Source of the DNA: Candidatus Babelota bacterium
Lineage (GTDB): Bacteria; Babelota; Babeliae; Babelales; Vermiphilaceae
DNA: 32,000 bases
Assembly (NCBI GenBank): GCA_039809905.1
Contig: JBDHVY010000001.1
Span: forward strand, 1,020,001 to 1,052,000
Direction of reading: 5' to 3'
Shown here: positions 27,134 through 32,000 of the stretch, piece by piece
Numbering within the stretch: position 1 is the stretch's first letter
Layout of the letters: each line of letters begins with the position of its first letter
Notes under the pieces: model-generated
What the model was told of the DNA's origin: nothing
Databases searched by the model: none
The model's input: only the letters and a program-made list of their open reading frames with translations
Made by a program: the position numbers and the translations under genes

Positions 27134-27226
27134 AGCATATGCGTATTGTATTTATAAGAATAAAATTTATAATAAATATAGGTAATTAATATTATAAAAT
27201 TGTTTTCTATCTTTGATGGGGGTTTT

Positions 27227-27694
27227 ATGACGACTATTTCAAAGCGCATTAATGTATTATTTTTAGCAATGGCTATTGCTTTTGTACCTGTATATGCTGA
27301 TAATGCGGATATTTATTCAGAAGAAATTGCACAAGAATATGAAGATTTTCAAGAATTAAATGAAGTTGAAGACCAAAAGACAGATGTTTGGTATAAAAAA
27401 CATTCACGATATATTATCGCTGCAGCAGTAACAACGATTGCTGTCTATGCATTGGCAGTACATAAAAATAAAATTACTGGTCCGATTGCATTGCTTACTG
27501 CATTATTCTGTGCTGAAAAAACGATCGATACGCCTAAAACACAAAATATTGCTCCTCAAGGCGGTAATTCTGTAACGTCTCCGACAAATAATATTATTGA
27601 AGAAAAGACAAGTGGTTTTATTAGCACATTGAACCATGATACAGTAAAAGCTAGTATAAATGCTGCTCTTAATGGTTATGAAGATCTTGAGTAA
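27227..27694 (+). CDS. Hypothetical exported/membrane protein, 155 aa; start at ATG 27227 preferred over 27200
   Basis: MTTISKRINVLFLAMAIAFVPVYADNA signal peptide; strong GGGGG-rich RBS region upstream of 27227; internal hydrophobic segment. Confidence 0.65.
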   Translation: MTTISKRINVLFLAMAIAFVPVYADNADIYSEEIAQEYEDFQELNEVEDQKTDVWYKKHSRYIIAAAVTTIAVYALAVHKNKITGPIALLTALFCAEKTIDTPKTQNIAPQGGNSVTSPTNNIIEEKTSGFISTLNHDTVKASINAALNGYEDLE

Positions 27695-27823
27695 ATATTG
27701 TAACTAGATTGTAATAGATATATTTAAACGAGGATTAAACATCCTCGTTTTTTTGATTCAATATAGTTTTTATTGACTATTTGAGATAATATGTTTTATC
27801 TTTATTATATAGCAAAATCTTTA

Positions 27824-27870
27824 AATGGAGTCCCTATGCGTAAAGCGTTCAGCATGGGGCTATAGAAGAG
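27824..27870 (+). repeat. Interspersed hairpin-like element, copy D, in the leader of the 27877 gene
   Basis: AATGGAGTCCCTATGCGTAAAGCGTTCAGCATGGGGCTATAGAAGAG; 8-bp stem CCCTATGC/GCATGGGG (27832-27839 with 27852-27859); preceded by ATCTTTA as in the other copies. Confidence 0.5.
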
Positions 27871-27876
27871 GTTTTT

Positions 27877-28554
27877 ATGAATAAAAATTATTATCTGATG
27901 ATAACATTAATGATGACTTTATTTACTGGCATGAGTTACGCTGCACAAGGCAATGCTATTACATATGGTGAAATTCTTAGAGCATATAACAATGAGGCTT
28001 TAGGAATCTTTGGTAATAAAAAAGATCAAGCTATAAAAGTTGTTGAGAATCATAAAGCAGAATTAATAAAAGAAAAAGATCAAATCGAATCTTCTTATAT
28101 TCCTGGATTCTTAAAAATAATAGCGACTAGTTTAGTTGCTTCATCTACTTTCTTATTTGCTAGTGCTCTTTATGGTACCTATGGATTATATAACATTTTA
28201 CATCAGCCTCGAGATACGTGGAAAAACAAGTTTTTTTATGCTCCAGCGCTAACGTATTTTGAGTTTATGAAACATCTATATAGTCCTGGTTCTGATAAAG
28301 GGACAATGTTTTCCTTGAATGTTTTTCAAGGTAAGTATACGCAGGCGTTTTTAGACAAGATGGTCCCTAAAGGCTTGGAAAATGTTATTGAATTAGGAGG
28401 AACTGCTCCATTGCGTGCAGGGGGATCATTACTTATAGCGGCAGTCTCTGGACTCTTATTTAAAAAAGTTTCTGCTTTCAGAAACCAAGTTGCACAACTG
28501 AGTCAAGACATTAAACGTGATGACGACATTATTAAAGCTTTGGGTAAAGCTTGA
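27877..28554 (+). CDS. Hypothetical exported membrane protein, 225 aa
   Basis: Signal peptide MNKNYYLMITLMMTLFTGMSYA; two further hydrophobic segments; RBS-like GAGG upstream. Confidence 0.7.
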   Translation: MNKNYYLMITLMMTLFTGMSYAAQGNAITYGEILRAYNNEALGIFGNKKDQAIKVVENHKAELIKEKDQIESSYIPGFLKIIATSLVASSTFLFASALYGTYGLYNILHQPRDTWKNKFFYAPALTYFEFMKHLYSPGSDKGTMFSLNVFQGKYTQAFLDKMVPKGLENVIELGGTAPLRAGGSLLIAAVSGLLFKKVSAFRNQVAQLSQDIKRDDDIIKALGKA

Positions 28555-28608
28555 TGCTAAGCATTCTGATTTTATTAAAGTTCTAGATACTATTCTCTAT
28601 TTTATTCC

Positions 28609-28686
28609 TGCGCTCGCCCTGAACTTGTTGAAGGGTTTTCTTCGAGCGCTCGAGGAAAACCCTTCAACAAGTTCAGGGCGAGCGCA
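28609..28686. repeat. Near-perfect 78-bp palindrome (arms 28609..28640 and 28655..28686)
   Basis: GCGCTCGCCCTGAACTTGTTGAAGGGTTTTC ... GAAAACCCTTCAACAAGTTCAGGGCGAGCGC, 32-bp perfect arms around the palindromic core TCGAGCGCTCGA; no T tract after it. Confidence 0.95.
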
Positions 28687-28800
28687 CTAAGAAGAATAAA
28701 TTAATTTTCTGATAAACTCTATAAAAAACAAACCAGCCTATCGATATATTCATATTTATGGTAAAATGCATAATATTAGTACATTTATGAGAAAGATCAT

Positions 28801-30450
28801 ATGAATAGTATCGATTCTATACAAAAAGCATTTACTTTTCACATACAAAATCAATTTAAATGTAATGATATTGATCAAGATCTTTATCGCTTACATATCA
28901 ATGTTGATGAAGCAAAGCAGGCGTTTGGTAATTTATCAGCAAGTATTGCCCTTGTTTTAGCCAAGCAGCTAAAGCGTAATCCGCGTGAAGTAGCAACTGA
29001 AGTTGCCACATCATTTATTCATCCTCTTGTAGAAAAAATTGAAATTGCTGGGCCTGGTTTTATTAATATGTTTTTGACGCAAGAAGCATTTAGATTGCTT
29101 GCTCAAGAATTATTTAATAAAAAAGAAGCATTCTTTAAGCCAGGATTAGAAAAAAAATATAATGTTTCATTAGAATTTGTTAGCGCTAATCCAACAGGTC
29201 CTTTGCATTTTGGTCATGGCAGAGGAGGTATTATCGGTGACGTGCTTGCAAATGTGTTGCGGTTTGTTGGTCATACCGTTACCAAAGAATTTTATATTAA
29301 TGATGCGGGTAATCAAATACAAAAACTTGGTGAATCATTTAAGGTTCGTTGTCTGCAAGTAGCAGGTGTTCACGCAACAATACCTGAAGATGGCTACCAA
29401 GGTGAATATTTGCTTGATCTTGCACAAGGTTGCTTTGCGCAATATGGACAAACTCTTTTTGAAAAACCAGACTCTTTTTTTGCAACCTATGCAAAAGATA
29501 ATTTACTGGAACTGCTCAAAAATACACTCAAAGATTATGGTATTGAGTACGATGTGTGGTTTTCTGAAAAAACATTACATGAAAGCGATGCAATAGAAAA
29601 GGCGCTAGAAGTATTGCAAAAAAATAATTTGTTGTATGAGCAAGATGGCGCATGGTGGTTTAAGACAACCGTTTTTGGCGATGATAAAGATCGAGTAGTT
29701 AAAAAATCTACGGGTGAATATACATATATTGCCGCAGATGTTGCTTATCTTAAAAATAAAGCTGATCGTGGATTTAATAATTTTATTTATATATTGGGAC
29801 ACGATCATCATAGTTATGTCATGCGGTTGAATGCAGTAAAACAAGGTCTTGGTTATATTGAACAGCCTCTTGATGTTATTTTATATCAATTAGTGAAAAT
29901 TTCAGAAGATGGTGCATTAGTGCGTATGTCAAAGCGTGCGGGAGCAATTATTAGCTTGCAGGATATTATCAACACTGTAGGAAAAGATGTTGCTCGCTTT
30001 TTTTATTTAAATCGTAAAGCTGATGCACAACTTGAATTTGATGTAGGGCTTGCTTTAAAGAAAACAGAAGAAAATCCTGTTTATTATGTCCAGTATGCGT
30101 ATGTTCGTACGGGAAGTATTTTAGAAAAAGCTTTACAGGCGGAGCAATTGCAAAATATTTCGGCACATGATGCGCAGCATATAGGCCCTGAAGAGGCTTT
30201 TTTGATCAAAAAAGTTGTTTTCCTTGAGCAACTATTACATGATATTTCAGTTAATCATCAAACACATCTGCTTACCTATTATGTTGTTGAGCTTGCACAG
30301 CTTTTTCACCGATATTATAGTCATGTGCGTGTAATTGATGCCCAAAATTGGGAAAAAAGTCGTGGGCGTTTACTGATGATAGGTATTTTGCGTAATACAA
30401 TTGCGCTTGTTTTAGACCTTCTTGGAGTAGGTCATCCCGAAAAAATGTAA
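28801..30450 (+). CDS. argS: Arginyl-tRNA synthetase
   Basis: FVSANPTGPLHFGHGRGGIIGDVLANVLRFVGHTVTKEFYINDAGNQI; YTYIAADVAYLKNKADRGF; ILGHDHHSYV; MSKRAG; DALM-box-like C-terminus. Confidence 0.96.
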   Translation: MNSIDSIQKAFTFHIQNQFKCNDIDQDLYRLHINVDEAKQAFGNLSASIALVLAKQLKRNPREVATEVATSFIHPLVEKIEIAGPGFINMFLTQEAFRLLAQELFNKKEAFFKPGLEKKYNVSLEFVSANPTGPLHFGHGRGGIIGDVLANVLRFVGHTVTKEFYINDAGNQIQKLGESFKVRCLQVAGVHATIPEDGYQGEYLLDLAQGCFAQYGQTLFEKPDSFFATYAKDNLLELLKNTLKDYGIEYDVWFSEKTLHESDAIEKALEVLQKNNLLYEQDGAWWFKTTVFGDDKDRVVKKSTGEYTYIAADVAYLKNKADRGFNNFIYILGHDHHSYVMRLNAVKQGLGYIEQPLDVILYQLVKISEDGALVRMSKRAGAIISLQDIINTVGKDVARFFYLNRKADAQLEFDVGLALKKTEENPVYYVQYAYVRTGSILEKALQAEQLQNISAHDAQHIGPEEAFLIKKVVFLEQLLHDISVNHQTHLLTYYVVELAQLFHRYYSHVRVIDAQNWEKSRGRLLMIGILRNTIALVLDLLGVGHPEKM

Positions 30451-30481
30451 AGAAAAGCTGTATTTTTGTGTCATTAAGTTC

Positions 30482-30510
30482 TTTACCGGGGGCCCTATTC
30501 GTAATATAAT
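30482..30510 (+). promoter_or_regulatory. Candidate sigma70-like promoter for tsf-frr
   Basis: TTTACC (30482-30487), 17-nt spacer, TATAAT (30505-30510), about 70 nt upstream of tsf in the argS-tsf gap. Confidence 0.5.
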
Positions 30511-30582
30511 GGAATTACAAGGCTACATTATTCGTAGTGCAATTAAAAATAACAATATTTTTTACTTCTAACAGGAAAGCAT

Positions 30583-31179
30583 ATGTCAAAAATAAGCAAA
30601 GAATTATTGCAAGAATTAAGAGATCATACGGGTCTTGGTCTGATGGATTGTCGCAAAGCATTAGAAGAATCTGGTGGTGATTTTGACCAAGCATTAGAAT
30701 CATTGCGCAAAAAAGGTGCAGCGGTTGCAGCAAAGCGTGCAGATAAAGAAACTGGTGAAGGGCTTATCAAGGCTTACATTCATCCGGGAGACCGTTTGGG
30801 TGTCTTGCTTGAGATTAACTGCGAAACAGATTTTGTTGCTAATACTGAAGCAGTACGACAATTTGCACAAGATTTATGCTTGCAAATTGCTGCAAATAAA
30901 GCAATGTATGTTTCTCCTGAACAAGTTGATCCTGCATTTTTAGCGCATGAGCGAGACATTTTTAAAGAACAAATGGCCAACTCAGGAAAACCTGAAAAAA
31001 TTATTGAACAAGTTGTTGAAGGTAAAGTAAAGAAACTTTATAGTGATATTTGTTTGCTTGAACAACAATTTATCAAAAATGATCAACTGACGGTAAAAGA
31101 AGTTTTACAGCAATTGATTGCCAAAACAGGTGAAAGCATCCGTATCAGAAGATTTTGCCGATTTGAACTTGGTAAGTAA
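30583..31179 (+). CDS. tsf: Elongation factor Ts (short form, 198 aa)
   Basis: LLQELRDHTGLGLMDCRKALEESGGDFDQALESLRKKG; YIHPGDRLGVLLEINCETDFVAN. Confidence 0.97.
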   Translation: MSKISKELLQELRDHTGLGLMDCRKALEESGGDFDQALESLRKKGAAVAAKRADKETGEGLIKAYIHPGDRLGVLLEINCETDFVANTEAVRQFAQDLCLQIAANKAMYVSPEQVDPAFLAHERDIFKEQMANSGKPEKIIEQVVEGKVKKLYSDICLLEQQFIKNDQLTVKEVLQQLIAKTGESIRIRRFCRFELGK

Positions 31180-31202
31180 ACAGTATTTCAGGAAGGACAG
31201 AT

Positions 31203-31790
31203 ATGGCAGAAATTATTTTAATAGAAAATGATATAAAAAGTTTCCAGAAGCCAATGGAAGCTGAGATGGAAAGCCCATTAAAGCATTTTGAGCGAGAATT
31301 GTTAAAAATACGTACTGGTAGAGCTCACACATCAATGATAGAAGATATACCGGTTAGTTGCTATGGACAAGATGCTGTTCCTTTAAAAGGACTGGGTGTT
31401 GTTGCAGCACCAGATCCACGTTTGCTGACTGTCCAGCCATGGGATACATCTGTTATTTTTGATGTTGAAAAAGCCATAGTTGCATCAGGCTTTGGTGTTT
31501 CTCCGGTTAATGATGGAAAAATTATTAGACTTCGTTTGCCAGAAATGAGTTCTGATCGACGTGAAGAATTGATTAAGCAACTGCACAAGAAATTGGAAGA
31601 ATGTAGAGTCGCGATTAGAAATGTTCGCAAAGACTTCAAAAATCTTATTACTGATGCAAAGAAAGATAAGAAAGTTTCTGAAAATTTTCACAATAGATTA
31701 GCAGATGTTTTACAAGAAATTACCGATGCTTACATTGCCAAAGTTGAAGCAATGGCTAAGAAAAAAGAAGTAGAACTTGCTACTGTTTAA
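31203..31790 (+). CDS. frr: Ribosome recycling factor
   Basis: LKHFERELLKIRTGRAHTSMIEDIPVSCYG, LLTVQPWDTSVIFDVEKAI, GKIIRLRLPEMSSDRREELIKQLHKKLEECRVAIRNVRKD. Confidence 0.96.
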   Translation: MAEIILIENDIKSFQKPMEAEMESPLKHFERELLKIRTGRAHTSMIEDIPVSCYGQDAVPLKGLGVVAAPDPRLLTVQPWDTSVIFDVEKAIVASGFGVSPVNDGKIIRLRLPEMSSDRREELIKQLHKKLEECRVAIRNVRKDFKNLITDAKKDKKVSENFHNRLADVLQEITDAYIAKVEAMAKKKEVELATV

Positions 31791-31813
31791 AAAATATTAA
31801 ATTTAATGTAATT

Positions 31814-31855
31814 AAAAGCTAGAAAGATAAAAATTTTATCTTTCTAGCTTTTTTC
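31814..31855 (+). terminator. Rho-independent terminator after frr
   Basis: AAAAGCTAGAAAGATAAAA / TTTTATCTTTCTAGCTTTT long hairpin ending in a T run. Confidence 0.85.
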
Positions 31856-31908
31856 ATTTTCCTTTAAATAATATTGATTTGGATTGAGCAATACTTAAAG
31901 GAAAACAA

Positions 31909-32000
31909 ATGCATATAATTATTATAGTGTTTTTATTCGGGGGTATTTTTATTGCACCCATTATTTATGGTAAAGGAGGAAAAAGCCCACAAGCAAAGCC
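31909..32000 (+). CDS. Partial CDS running off the window, unknown product
   Basis: ATG preceded by AAAGGAAA; open frame MHIIIIVFLFGGIFIAPIIYGKGGKSPQAK with hydrophobic N-terminus. Confidence 0.5.
   Translation, partial: MHIIIIVFLFGGIFIAPIIYGKGGKSPQAK

Noticed and set aside
27200-27226. Upstream start of the 27200..27694 ORF
   Set aside because: ATG 27227 has a G-rich Shine-Dalgarno region and starts a clean signal peptide.
28609-28686. Simple Rho-independent terminator interpretation of the palindrome
   Set aside because: Arms of 32 bp are far longer than typical and there is no trailing T tract on either side.

Overview
AT-rich, gene-dense bacterial window. The combination of two tandem NTT-type nucleotide translocases, large exported ankyrin proteins, a eukaryote-like cytosolic phospholipase A2 and many small exported proteins suggests an intracellular or host-dependent bacterium, most likely Candidatus Dependentiae/TM6 (inference from gene content; no database search was run). 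Housekeeping genes: recJ, cmk, lon, rpsB, tRNA-Ser(GGA), dnaX, der, a ribosome hibernation factor, a CCA-type tRNA nucleotidyltransferase, argS, tsf and frr. The most interesting signals are: (1) a 556-aa exported protein with full group IV cPLA2 catalytic signatures; (2) an unannotated SRP RNA between tRNA-Ser and dnaX, whose 3' strand is tandemly duplicated together with a hairpin element; (3) at least four copies of a short interspersed hairpin element beginning TCTTnNAATGGRGTCCY, placed next to genes; (4) a near-perfect 78-bp palindrome before argS; (5) two overlapping exported ankyrin paralogs with a shared non-ankyrin C-terminus; (6) a cluster of three small exported proteins with a common N-terminal strand motif; (7) an exported Bcp-type peroxiredoxin coupled to a membrane protein with a possible DsbD-N-like domain. 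No CRISPR array, prophage, transposase or defence island was seen.
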